Of a stretch of 64,000 nucleotides of DNA, positions 1 to 10,320 are shown one piece after another. Position 1 is the stretch's first letter, and each line of letters opens with the position of its first letter. The notes under the pieces are model-generated. The model was given only the letters and a program-made list of their open reading frames with translations. It was not told where the DNA came from and did not search any database. A program made the position numbers and the translations under genes. The stretch comes from a virus (taxonomy: Duplodnaviria > Caudoviricetes): IMG/VR virus record IMGVR_UViG_3300033121_002356, positions 60,722 through 124,721 of that record. The stretch is one strand, 5' to 3'.

Positions 1-2249
1 ACATTCAAATCAACCGTACTAATAGGTCTCTGTACGTCTTCAGGAAAATTATGCCTAACAAATAAGCTATACCCAGAAGCGGGGGCCAGCCCAAGTGGGA
101 AAGTAAAATCTAACACTCCTCCTGTATATACCCCGTCTATAGTATCTGACAGCTCAAAATATCCATCAAGATTGTTTGAAAAGTATGCAGAACCCGAATA
201 AACAACAACATTAGTGTTGTTAACTAGGTCTAATTGAATAGGGTCTTCTGTAGAATAAACTCCAGTTTCAACAATATTGAAAGCAGCCGTAGAATTATAG
301 TAAGTATTTATTGGCCTGACTTTCAATTTCTTAATCATCAAAGGATAGCCAAGTTTAGAACTATTAGGTTTTATTTTAATATATCTAGCCTTGCTTAATA
401 TAAGATGCTCTGTAGAGTATAGTCTCTCCAGCTTTGAAGAATATCGTAAGTGTTTTACCCAATTATTTTCTATTGATTGTGTACTACCGCTTATATATTG
501 AGTATAATTTTCTCCATGAGAATACGCTCTATCTTCCGATGCCACATAACAATAAGAGGTTAAACCAGTCAAATTTACCCTATAATCATTATTAGCATAA
601 TCCCTATAGCTTGTTCCACCACCGGGTAGTAAAGAAAACCCCATGGAAGAAGAGCTCGGGTATCCAATCCAAGAATTTTTCTCTATATGATACGTAATAT
701 ACCCGTCGTAATTATAGTTCCAAATAAAATGTATAACATTTCTTTTAGAATCTAAAAAGAAATCTAATGCCTGCATTCCCCCAAAACTAGTTACTAACGT
801 ATTTGTATTTCCCATATTATCGACAGTTTTATCCGACCACGTATTACCAGTAACACTGTATTTATACAAACCATAAAGGGAAGTACTACTACTGCTACTG
901 CTCGGTACTGCATAAATAGAGTCATCGTACGGGCTATACAGTGTTCTACCCCCTCGCATAAAATACTTACCTGAAGTAATAGACGTCTTCTGCGTCCAGG
1001 TATCGGTTTTTATGTCGTATCTAAAAAATGTACCAGTAGTAGATACACCGCAATACAAACTATGATTAGTAGGAACATAGCATATATTTGTAATAGTACC
1101 AGAAGTTAAGGAGCTTGGCGGCGGGGCTAATGGCTCGAAAGAATTTGTTCCAATAATGTATTTCCAAAAATAATTACCAACCCCATATATCTCATTAGAT
1201 TTTGTATCTAGTGTTATCTCACTATTGTAGGTAGCGTAAGAATTAGTAGCTAAAGTAGACCAAACCCTGGTGTTTAGGTCAAACTTATACATTACTAATC
1301 CATAATATAAATATAAACAATTATCATTTGGGTTATGCAATAATTGTGGCATATATATGCTTTTATAAATATCATTTGGGTTACTATAGATGGAAGGAAC
1401 AGGAGAACGCTCCTCCTTGTCTTCTTCATACCATAAAAAAGCATGCTCTAATATTTGTTTTTTATTCTTATATCCATATTCAGTATCTTCTAAGGCGTAT
1501 GTTACGGCATACGGGTATGCCAATTTATGTAAATCGGCGTTATCTTCAATATAAACTGAAAATATATCATATACATCGCCTAAATCAATTTTCATCTCAT
1601 AGCCTTGAATACCAGAAGCAGTGGTATTATACGCAAATATAACATTAGGAGTAGCCCCAACTCTATCATTTTGGTGAACTGTCCCATTTGGTTGAAATCC
1701 AACCTCGCCTAGATTTCCTATATACCGACTAGAAGTTAACGTATACGGGATACTCCTAGAATTAGAGTAATAACTCCAATACGAAGACATATTGTATGAG
1801 GAGTCTACAACAGACCAAGAAGAATTATTACTGCTCTTATAAATACAGCCTCCATTCACCTCACTGTATGGGGCCTTGGATGCTGCCATAAAAAATCCAC
1901 TAAATCCTACATACATGTAATCAGTATCTTTTGCCGTACCTAAATCAACTCCTAAAAAATTAGTTGCGTATGGATTATTAGATGAAGGCCTTACGTATGA
2001 GCTTCCATTTAAATAGGTAGAATCATTAGTAAAAGAACCGGTAAAATTACTTCCTATTGCGTACGCCCCTTCCCCATATAAGGAGCCGGATGGGGCAATT
2101 GCATACCCCCATATAGTTTCATACTGAGTATTATCTTCGTCAATAATCCTAGCTAATTGGGCCTCACTTAAAGTTTCAGACCCTGATTGGGTTACTACTA
2201 CCCCATCCATTGTTAGCAAATTAAAATTACTTCCTTCTATGGGTAACAC
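1..2249 (-). CDS. Putative receptor-binding/tail-tip protein with discoidin (F5/8C)-like motifs and Kelch-like beta-propeller; 3'-truncated by window edge, absent from supplied ORF track
   Basis: GTG at 2249 directly follows the TAA of the upstream gene. The segments I translated by hand stay open in this frame toward position 1. They contain 'FLGVDLG', 'MKIDLGDVYDI' and 'KARYIKIKP', plus repeats such as 'YKFDLNTRVWSTL', 'FRYDIKTDTWTQK' and 'YKYSVTGNTWSD'. Confidence 0.8.
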   Translation of the reverse strand, partial: MLPIEGSNFNLLTMDGVVVTQSGSETLSEAQLARIIDEDNTQYETIWGYAIAPSGSLYGEGAYAIGSNFTGSFTNDSTYLNGSSYVRPSSNNPYATNFLGVDLGTAKDTDYMYVGFSGFFMAASKAPYSEVNGGCIYKSSNNSSWSVVDSSYNMSSYWSYYSNSRSIPYTLTSSRYIGNLGEVGFQPNGTVHQNDRVGATPNVIFAYNTTASGIQGYEMKIDLGDVYDIFSVYIEDNADLHKLAYPYAVTYALEDTEYGYKNKKQILEHAFLWYEEDKEERSPVPSIYSNPNDIYKSIYMPQLLHNPNDNCLYLYYGLVMYKFDLNTRVWSTLATNSYATYNSEITLDTKSNEIYGVGNYFWKYIIGTNSFEPLAPPPSSLTSGTITNICYVPTNHSLYCGVSTTGTFFRYDIKTDTWTQKTSITSGKYFMRGGRTLYSPYDDSIYAVPSSSSSSTSLYGLYKYSVTGNTWSDKTVDNMGNTNTLVTSFGGMQALDFFLDSKRNVIHFIWNYNYDGYITYHIEKNSWIGYPSSSSMGFSLLPGGGTSYRDYANNDYRVNLTGLTSYCYVASEDRAYSHGENYTQYISGSTQSIENNWVKHLRYSSKLERLYSTEHLILSKARYIKIKPNSSKLGYPLMIKKLKVRPINTYYNSTAAFNIVETGVYSTEDPIQLDLVNNTNVVVYSGSAYFSNNLDGYFELSDTIDGVYTGGVLDFTFPLGLAPASGYSLFVRHNFPEDVQRPISTVDLN

Positions 2250-2729
2250 TTATTTCTCTCCAATTATAGGAAGATTAAAATTCATAATCTCGTTTAATTC
2301 CGCATTTCCAATATGAGGGCAAACTTTCCACAACTCCGAAAGACAAGGATTTTTATTTATAGGACAAATCTCTGTTGGAAATCTAGATTTAGCTGACCAA
2401 GTTTGTCCTTTATATGGATTACAATTCATTGCTACATCTGTTAAATTTTTAGATTTTTTCACAAGTTTAACATAATTAGAATCAATCTTCTTACTATCTA
2501 AAATATTACCACAATTAGAGCAATAAAATATAAAGGTATCATTAACAGATTCTTCTGACAAATCGTTTAATGCGTACGCCCTTTTTTCTTTCCGGGCCTT
2601 ATCTGTAAGAACACTATCTACTTGAAGCGTCTTATTATCACAACTAGAGCAATAATAGCTATCCTTTATAGCAGCTTCTTTATCATAGACAGAAGATATT
2701 TTTCCAGGCTCTACTATAGTTTCTACCAT
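2250..2729 (-). CDS. Cys-rich zinc-ribbon protein of unknown function
   Basis: CSSC and CSNC pairs plus a C-terminal Cys cluster; abuts both neighbours. Confidence 0.7.
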   Translation of the reverse strand: MVETIVEPGKISSVYDKEAAIKDSYYCSSCDNKTLQVDSVLTDKARKEKRAYALNDLSEESVNDTFIFYCSNCGNILDSKKIDSNYVKLVKKSKNLTDVAMNCNPYKGQTWSAKSRFPTEICPINKNPCLSELWKVCPHIGNAELNEIMNFNLPIIGEK

Positions 2730-2731
2730 AT

Positions 2732-5700
2732 TTATCCTAATTGTCCTTGAAAGGAGTAATCAAACCAAAAATAAAACGGAGACCCTGCTGGAACAACATA
2801 ATCTCCAGTAATTGTTATATGGCGTGAACGCCCTTGTGGGTTTATATCAGAAAATATATCTTTATTTTTAGGAGTAACATATGGCTGACCCACAAGTTCA
2901 GGCCATAAGGAAAGCAACCCATCACTCCATGTCATAAAAAAAGCATACCCCAAAACATTTGTAAATCTTCTAACTATGTGAGATAAATCATTTATATAAG
3001 AGCGACTTCCGCTATACCCCATAGTCATAAATCTATCAGTGCATGAAGGTTCCCCTTCTGGACCACCAGGCTCGCCGCAAATTTTACTAATCTTACCCAC
3101 ATAACACCAACAACTTCCAGTTCTATCTTGACTTACATAAACACCGGGGGCCTGCCACGGTACCCCTAGATAATTCTTATAAGTATCCCCTCTAAATAAA
3201 GCAAGATTCTCAGGAACAGAAAGTGATATAGTACAACGCGAGATATCCACATTGTTCTGCGGTAAAATAGTAGCATCGACCCCCAAGTCATTAACGAAGA
3301 ATGACTCTTCATCTGGATGCATAAAGTAGTCATACACAAGCGTATCTTGTAAAATTAGATTCTTAGCATATGTGTATATATCTTCCTGCATGCTCTCACC
3401 GGGCCCCGGAGAACCGCCTGGGGGGAATCTATCCTGAATACCTGTAACATCAACATGTAAGTCTCTTCCGTTAGCCCCCTTTACTGCGGCATCGTCTCTA
3501 GGAGTATCCATTACAACTCTACCCCCTTTAAATACAGAAGAAAAGGGAGAAGTAACTAAATCTCCCCCTGGTAATACGTGATAAGGCCAAGTCGGTAGAA
3601 TGGGGCGCTTAACAGCGGTCATACCAAAGTTAACAAAACGTCTAGCATCCCCTTTATAAGTATCCTGAGTTAATATGGCATCACTACCATGCCCCGCAGA
3701 ATTTACAAGTGCGGCTACAGGTGTTATAAACGAGGCGGTGGGCCCAATACCTGTAATACCATCATCTTTATTTATAAAAGATGGGGTATATTTTCTATCA
3801 TAAGTAGTAATAACCTCAGAAGCGTCTTGTTGAATTCTTGCATAGACGTACACTTTTGATACTATTACATACCCGCTTTTGCCAAGTGGAGGAGAAAACG
3901 ATAACTTAAGTGAAGAGGCGTTTAGATTTATATTCTCTAGTTTTAATAGAAAAAAATCAGAAAGAGCAGAAGGGTCATACATAGTTCCAACTGCCTCAAA
4001 CGAAGAGCCGTACCGTTTTAAGCTAACATCAATTTGCGGCTGTATAACTTTAACGGTTCCTTCTGGTAATCTGGTATCTCCCTGAAACAGCTCTACCTCA
4101 ATGCGTTCAATATAGGGCTGCCATACTTTCTCTTGAGGAGTACCAGCCGGAGGATTAGAAAAATTAAAAATTATATCGAAGACTGACGTATCCATTACGG
4201 TATTGAAATTTCTAAACGTACCAGTAGTTATAGCTCCTTCTTTAATCTCAAATAGCTTAGAGCATGGGTCTCCACTTACGTCTCCCCCATATTTAGGGCA
4301 TATAGAATAATTATAAGTACCCCGTACCGAAGCTATACTAGTGTAAGTGGAAGCGTTTAAAATATTGTCAACCAAATAAGGCAAGGAATTAAAGTCAATA
4401 GGGGTTCTAACCATTAATCCTCTTCTTTTCTTATGACTTTCCGTATTTCTTTCAAATTGGTCCTGTACGTCGGAAGCTAAAAATGATTCTCTATCAATAT
4501 CATCACTTAGTTCCATATCGTCATAAGGAGGCTCTTCATCGCTTGGTATAAAAGACCCCTCAATAGTAAGGCGGCGCTTAGGTGCGTCGTCTATGCCTAG
4601 CTTAGCCTCTGCCCCATCAAGGATAAGCCCCCCACTATTATATATAGGAGCCTTAAAGTAAAGAGTATGAGTTCCTTCAGCCGGACGATATGAAACAACA
4701 AAGTATTTTTCTGGCGGAAGATTTTCAAATAACTCCCCAGCCGAAACATAGTCCTGAAAATCAGGAGGATACTCTAAAACAACTGCTCTAAGGGTTAAAG
4801 CGGATAAATAAGAAATAATCCCAGAAGAAACCCCGGCTCCTTGAAGTGCTAAAACTGTGCTATAACTTCTCTGTATAGGTGTAACTTTTTTATCTAAATA
4901 AAGCCAAGATATTTGTTTACCAGGTACTTGTTCCCCGCGATTAGGAGGAGCAATCTCTCCTTCGCAATCCATATAAGTACTACCGTCTTGATAGTTATTA
5001 TCAAACCACCACTCTATTAAAGGCCATTTCCAATTTTCTCCACCTAGATTACCCGTTATCCAATAACTACTACATTTTCGTAATGAAATAACAACTGGCT
5101 GCTCATTAACAATAGCTGTATATTCTTTAATAAGATATTCTTCTGTAGGGAACCCTCCTATGCTAACTGCTCTCATCTGATTAAATGGATGAATAAAATC
5201 CTCAGTAGCTATTCCATTTAAGTCTACGCCGGCCGGTTCGGTTAAATACCCTAAACCGGAAACACCATCTGTTCCTATGTTACTAACGTAACCAGTAACT
5301 ATATCCAAATAATTCATTGCTTTATCAATACCGGCATAGAGAACCTTTCTTTCTCTCTCCGTGCCCCAGAGCCACCCTCCTGCACTTTTAGTACCAACGC
5401 CATCAGATGTATTGGCTCTCATATCTCCTGCTCTAATTACAGTACCACCCGACCATGCCCCCGCAAAGCTAACACTTCCTGGGCTTAACGTATAAATAGA
5501 GTACTTCGTACCAAAAAAGCAATCAAAGAAATACCCTGAATCGCTGGTTGTACTGTCCCTAAAAAAATCATATCCTACTAGATATTTGTTATTCCAGACA
5601 GGCCCGTTTGTAGGAACTAAAGAAAAGAATGAACCAAAATTCTTCGGCTCATCATAAGACGGTATTTCACAAGAGTAATACGGCCACCATACTCTATCAT

Positions 5701-8440
5701 AAGATTCCCCGTGGTCAAAACAAATCTTTGATAAGTATAATGCGGGGCCAGCGTCTCTTAAAGTAAGGGTCGGCGTACCCCCGCAAGGAGTACCCGCATG
5801 TTCATAACAAGACGCACCCCCACTCCAGTTACAAAATCTGTGAAAAATAGGCAGCAATCTAGCTGAGTTATATATTCCTGCCCATGCATAAGATATTTCT
5901 ATATCTGCGCAGGTTGGTACAGAAATACCAAACAGAATAGCACTTTGTTTTTTGCCTATAACTCTCCCTTCCTCATCCGTAAAAAATACTATATATCTTA
6001 TCCGATATGGTATATCTCCCCCCGAGATAGTATAGGTCCTTACTAAGGGTAATTTTAATGGAACATCTCTCGGAATTAGTTCCCCATTTGGGCCTATAGT
6101 ATAAAATGAGCTCAATCCATCATCAACATAGTCACCCCCACTGGGTGATAATGAATAATATCCGTTCTCTAAAACATTAACTTGTAGATTAACATTTTCG
6201 GGGTATCTAAAATCACTATCAACGCTATTTGAAACAGGATTAATGGAGGAGTCTTTATGTTCTAAATAATCAAAAGATAAAGAGATTCTAGCATTTGATA
6301 AAAAGGCAACACTACTAGAGTCCACTGAAGGAGATAATCTAAGATGTAAATAATTAGCAGGTAAAGGGTAACCACCTCGATAGCTAACCCCCTTATACTG
6401 AGTACCATATAATTCATAATTTGAATAGTCTTCTAAATTATAATGGTTAACTACATCTAACGGGATGCCGGTCTCGCCCACTAATAAAGAAGCACTAGTG
6501 ACGTTCCAATAAGATAGCTTACTGGCATCTAAATCCATTACTCTAACTATAAATTCTCGGTTGGTATGCAGTGGGGTTATATCTACAGATTGTATTTCTA
6601 TAGACTTAGATTTTCTATGTAAATAATAAGACTGCTTAAATGGCACAGGTGCCTCAATAACAGATTTTTTCCAGGTTGCATATATTGCTCCTAAATCAGG
6701 AGAGGCAATCATCACAGATGAAATACTTTCAAATCCCGATGCAAGCTGCACCTTCAACGTGGCATCAAACTCTTTAAAGGTAGAATCGGTATTATTACAA
6801 TTCCCATTAAAAGAGGTTTGATATGTCCATCCATGCAGAAATCTACATTTAACATGTGTAGTGTCATATAATATGTTAGAGCTAACAGAGGCGGAGGGGG
6901 TATATACTCTTATTTTATTGATATAAGAATCATCGGCCTTAGAGTAAACTAATTTAATCCTATTCTCTTTATCTATCTCACCCAAATCAGAATTTGAGTA
7001 GTCTAGCCCAAATACAAAAGACCCATCATACGCTGATGTCGTCGTATATACAGCATCAGGTACATTCTCTTGTAAAAACTGTATATAAGCGGCACTTGGA
7101 AGCCCACCATCCGGACTATCAACAATATCCATTTTTGCCGGTATAATGCCGAGTTCATATTGTCTTATAGTGGCGTATGTAACGTTAACGGCGTACAGAG
7201 TTGATTTACCTATAGAGGTATGCCCATATACTTCTATTTCGTTTTCATTCCCCGTAAAATTTCTTACAATGAATGGGTTAGTTGGAGGATTTCTAGGAAA
7301 ATCAATCATCAAAGAGCTAGAAGCAAAAAGTTCCTTTATTAAAGTAGGATAATTAGGTAGACCCTCATTCGTTAAGGTTCCTAAATCTATTACAGACTCA
7401 GCACCAATAATTATGTCATTTACTTCGTCATTAACAGACACCTTTTTTACCTTTATTTGAGTTGGGATATCATCTCCATTTTCATCTTTCACAAACCCAG
7501 TCCATGCCCATATATCAGGGTCAATAGTAAATCTAGATTTAAATGTAGCCTTTGGGTTTGCATATTGCGCCCAATTATCAGATAATATTCTAAGCTCTTG
7601 AACATGCGCAGCAGCAATTTTAGGGGTATATCCAGATTTCTTAAATCCGAGAGCATCATCGAAAACGTGCTTAAATACCTTATCGCTACTATAAAAAGGG
7701 CATCTTCCTACGTTATCATCTGGAGTACCAGATGCATTAGTATTTGATGGGTCGTTCTTAAAAGGTTTGGCACCATTGCAAGGAGGGAAGGGCCTACCAG
7801 CAAGAGGAGTACTCCAGTTGCTAGCCGCATCTAGTATACACATTGTTTTTAATGCGCCAACAGGCTTTACAGTTCCCACCCAATTATCCGGTATTGAGGG
7901 GTCTGCATTTTTATCAGCCAATGAAACGACATAACCTAAATCAGATATATATTCTTTTGTGCCAGAATCAGACTCTTTTACTTCTTTCACTACATAGTCG
8001 CGGACTGCCCCCTCCCAGAAAGAACAAGGTGCCACATGGGCCCTTAAATTAGCCATCTGTATATTCAAAGGATTCTGTGTTAAATCAGGAGAAGTAGGGA
8101 CCGGTACAATATCACTCGGCTTTAGCCCGCTAAAAGACAAACCCGGCCATGTAACCGCAATTACTTTTGTTGCAGATAATGAAACATTATTTTCTTCTGC
8201 ATCCTTGTATTGATAAGAAACGGTTAGTGTAACATTTCCTAATTTTTTTCCTAAAATTATAGGGGTAGCACTACTACTAGATGTAGTTTCTCCGTTACCA
8301 AAGACAGCGATGCTTTCATCAGATAATTTCCAGAGAAAAACCTCATTAATATTACCCGCTATCTGCTCTTGTACTGAAAGCATCACCTGACTATTAATAG
8401 CTAACCGCGTAAAGCCAGGCAATATAGTTAGATTTGACAA
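2732..8440 (-). CDS. Large tail tip / central fibre-like structural protein (1902 aa) with N-terminal Ig-like segment and Cys clusters
   Basis: Long beta-rich ORF with TTG start preceded by GGGGG; lies in the distal tail gene cluster. Function is inferred from size and context only. Confidence 0.55.
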   Translation of the reverse strand: MSNLTILPGFTRLAINSQVMLSVQEQIAGNINEVFLWKLSDESIAVFGNGETTSSSSATPIILGKKLGNVTLTVSYQYKDAEENNVSLSATKVIAVTWPGLSFSGLKPSDIVPVPTSPDLTQNPLNIQMANLRAHVAPCSFWEGAVRDYVVKEVKESDSGTKEYISDLGYVVSLADKNADPSIPDNWVGTVKPVGALKTMCILDAASNWSTPLAGRPFPPCNGAKPFKNDPSNTNASGTPDDNVGRCPFYSSDKVFKHVFDDALGFKKSGYTPKIAAAHVQELRILSDNWAQYANPKATFKSRFTIDPDIWAWTGFVKDENGDDIPTQIKVKKVSVNDEVNDIIIGAESVIDLGTLTNEGLPNYPTLIKELFASSSLMIDFPRNPPTNPFIVRNFTGNENEIEVYGHTSIGKSTLYAVNVTYATIRQYELGIIPAKMDIVDSPDGGLPSAAYIQFLQENVPDAVYTTTSAYDGSFVFGLDYSNSDLGEIDKENRIKLVYSKADDSYINKIRVYTPSASVSSNILYDTTHVKCRFLHGWTYQTSFNGNCNNTDSTFKEFDATLKVQLASGFESISSVMIASPDLGAIYATWKKSVIEAPVPFKQSYYLHRKSKSIEIQSVDITPLHTNREFIVRVMDLDASKLSYWNVTSASLLVGETGIPLDVVNHYNLEDYSNYELYGTQYKGVSYRGGYPLPANYLHLRLSPSVDSSSVAFLSNARISLSFDYLEHKDSSINPVSNSVDSDFRYPENVNLQVNVLENGYYSLSPSGGDYVDDGLSSFYTIGPNGELIPRDVPLKLPLVRTYTISGGDIPYRIRYIVFFTDEEGRVIGKKQSAILFGISVPTCADIEISYAWAGIYNSARLLPIFHRFCNWSGGASCYEHAGTPCGGTPTLTLRDAGPALYLSKICFDHGESYDRVWWPYYSCEIPSYDEPKNFGSFFSLVPTNGPVWNNKYLVGYDFFRDSTTSDSGYFFDCFFGTKYSIYTLSPGSVSFAGAWSGGTVIRAGDMRANTSDGVGTKSAGGWLWGTERERKVLYAGIDKAMNYLDIVTGYVSNIGTDGVSGLGYLTEPAGVDLNGIATEDFIHPFNQMRAVSIGGFPTEEYLIKEYTAIVNEQPVVISLRKCSSYWITGNLGGENWKWPLIEWWFDNNYQDGSTYMDCEGEIAPPNRGEQVPGKQISWLYLDKKVTPIQRSYSTVLALQGAGVSSGIISYLSALTLRAVVLEYPPDFQDYVSAGELFENLPPEKYFVVSYRPAEGTHTLYFKAPIYNSGGLILDGAEAKLGIDDAPKRRLTIEGSFIPSDEEPPYDDMELSDDIDRESFLASDVQDQFERNTESHKKRRGLMVRTPIDFNSLPYLVDNILNASTYTSIASVRGTYNYSICPKYGGDVSGDPCSKLFEIKEGAITTGTFRNFNTVMDTSVFDIIFNFSNPPAGTPQEKVWQPYIERIEVELFQGDTRLPEGTVKVIQPQIDVSLKRYGSSFEAVGTMYDPSALSDFFLLKLENINLNASSLKLSFSPPLGKSGYVIVSKVYVYARIQQDASEVITTYDRKYTPSFINKDDGITGIGPTASFITPVAALVNSAGHGSDAILTQDTYKGDARRFVNFGMTAVKRPILPTWPYHVLPGGDLVTSPFSSVFKGGRVVMDTPRDDAAVKGANGRDLHVDVTGIQDRFPPGGSPGPGESMQEDIYTYAKNLILQDTLVYDYFMHPDEESFFVNDLGVDATILPQNNVDISRCTISLSVPENLALFRGDTYKNYLGVPWQAPGVYVSQDRTGSCWCYVGKISKICGEPGGPEGEPSCTDRFMTMGYSGSRSYINDLSHIVRRFTNVLGYAFFMTWSDGLLSLWPELVGQPYVTPKNKDIFSDINPQGRSRHITITGDYVVPAGSPFYFWFDYSFQGQLG

Positions 8441-8442
8441 AA

Positions 8443-8766
8443 CTAGACCCCCTTAGGTTCCTTCACCTCCCACCGCGCATTCCCGCTTATTTCATCTACG
8501 CGAACTAAAACAGTGCTACCATCGTCCTCCTTATACCCAATACATCTGCTCAATATAGTAGGCTCTTTATCTCCTAAAGCTTGAGTGGCAGATTTAAATT
8601 GAACATATTTATCTCCTGCCTTACCAGATATTTTCCACACCTTTTCATACCACTTCAATCTTAATTCAGAGATAAGACGTTTATCCAGCTTATTCCAAGG
8701 CAGGTCTTCCTCTGTTATGACCTGCCTATCCTTTGTCAGGACAATCCACCCTTTTTTTAAAACCAT
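8443..8766 (-). CDS. Hypothetical protein (107 aa)
   Basis: ATG with GGGG RBS; fills the gap between flanking genes. Confidence 0.7.
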   Translation of the reverse strand: MVLKKGWIVLTKDRQVITEEDLPWNKLDKRLISELRLKWYEKVWKISGKAGDKYVQFKSATQALGDKEPTILSRCIGYKEDDGSTVLVRVDEISGNARWEVKEPKGV

Positions 8767-8778
8767 AAAACCCCCTTA

Positions 8779-10302
8779 TTAACTGAAATCGTAGAAAATT
8801 CTATATGTAATGGTATTTGCAGAAGTCTCAGAAGCACCAAGTTTAATTCCTAGAAAAATAAAGTCTGAAACCAATCCGGTATTCCCAACTGCTTCTGAAT
8901 CATCAGCAGAATTAACCACTGTAAGGTCTTTAACACTTGAATAAAGCTCCTCAGGAGGACCCGCATCAGGTCCTGTTTTTCTAGTCACCTCTGACAAATT
9001 GACAGCAGTAATCCCTGTCTCCCATTGGTGCCCAGCATCATTCGGGTTTCCAGCACCTACCGTCCCAAAGTGTACAAAAGTATCATTATCCCCGGCCTGA
9101 TGATGTTGGAATCCACCGTCATTATTCAAACCGAATTTTAGAGAGTCCATTATTACCGCACCGGACATAATCTCAAATTGCACTACTTTTACAGGACTAT
9201 CCGTACTAACAGTAACGTTTCCAAAGTTAGCAGTAGTTATACCAGCATCGTCAGATGTAGGAGCTATTGACCTGGCGTAAACAACCCAATAGTCTCTAGC
9301 TTGTATGGTATCAGAAGTCCAAGAAACAGTAAGGCCTTGAGAGCCCAAATCAACTGGAGTAAGACTAGTTAGGGCGGGGGCGGCGTCGTCGCCCCGCAAA
9401 CTTCTAACAATAAAGTAAGCGGTTCCTACAGGGCCGCTAGGAGAAGAGCCGTGAGTCTGGCTTATGCCATTAGCAGTAAACTGAAATACCGCAGTATCAA
9501 AAGCACTATCCGTAAACTTTATCCTGTTTCCGTTTATTCCGTATGCATACCAAGTATCAGGATACAGTAGGTCTATAGGACCGCCATTGTCTGTGTTATC
9601 GTTATTTGACCAACTCATTTGTGGAACCAAACCAGCGCCGGCCCCCATAGTAACACCGTTAGTGGTATCAATAGTAATTGTGTATGTTCGAGTCGTATTT
9701 GACTTATATGTTCCGCCTATAGTAACAGTACCATCATAATCTCCAGAAGTTTTTGTCACCGACCCATAATTAGAATTCTTTGAAGCAATAATAGTATAAA
9801 TATCATCAAATTGTCCATGATATGTACCACTAATTGTTACAACACCGCCGTAACCATTAGTAGCAGTAGTAGTATCAGTCTTAGAGGTGGCATCAAACCC
9901 AAGAACAGTTCTAGCTTCGCCTGCTGTAGGAACAACATCAACCGTAATACCGTTTCCTATAGGAGGTAAATATATCGCAAAGTGCCCCTCTTCCCATTCA
10001 CACTTAGCATTTAATGCGTAATCATCATAGGGGGCGCTCCATAAAGAAGAAGAATCTTGTAGTTTTCTTTGTATATCTAACGCCACAAATCTAGGGTCCA
10101 AATCTGTACCTGAAGCTAAAACAAGAGTATGTTCCTCCCCTTCAATGGATATTCTCAAATTATCAGTACTTCCGGTTATAGTAAAGGCGTCAGTACCGGA
10201 CTGATTTGTAGCTTTAACATATCCTGGGGTGCCCACAAGTGCAGAAGTATAGCCAGTAGTAGCGTTGACACTGTACTCATTCCAACGGCTAATAGCAATC
10301 AT
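8779..10302 (-). CDS. Thr/Gly-rich beta-strand virion structural protein (appendage/fibre-like)
   Basis: GGAGGG RBS. Internal repeat 'GVVTISGTY' / 'GTVTIGGTY'. N-terminal motif resembles that of 19469..20383. Confidence 0.55.
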   Translation of the reverse strand: MIAISRWNEYSVNATTGYTSALVGTPGYVKATNQSGTDAFTITGSTDNLRISIEGEEHTLVLASGTDLDPRFVALDIQRKLQDSSSLWSAPYDDYALNAKCEWEEGHFAIYLPPIGNGITVDVVPTAGEARTVLGFDATSKTDTTTATNGYGGVVTISGTYHGQFDDIYTIIASKNSNYGSVTKTSGDYDGTVTIGGTYKSNTTRTYTITIDTTNGVTMGAGAGLVPQMSWSNNDNTDNGGPIDLLYPDTWYAYGINGNRIKFTDSAFDTAVFQFTANGISQTHGSSPSGPVGTAYFIVRSLRGDDAAPALTSLTPVDLGSQGLTVSWTSDTIQARDYWVVYARSIAPTSDDAGITTANFGNVTVSTDSPVKVVQFEIMSGAVIMDSLKFGLNNDGGFQHHQAGDNDTFVHFGTVGAGNPNDAGHQWETGITAVNLSEVTRKTGPDAGPPEELYSSVKDLTVVNSADDSEAVGNTGLVSDFIFLGIKLGASETSANTITYRIFYDFS

Positions 10303-10320
10303 CTTATAAATCCCTCCAAA

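Noticed and set aside
1328-1642. 104-aa plus-strand ORF
   Set aside because: Lies antisense to the long minus-strand gene starting at 2249.
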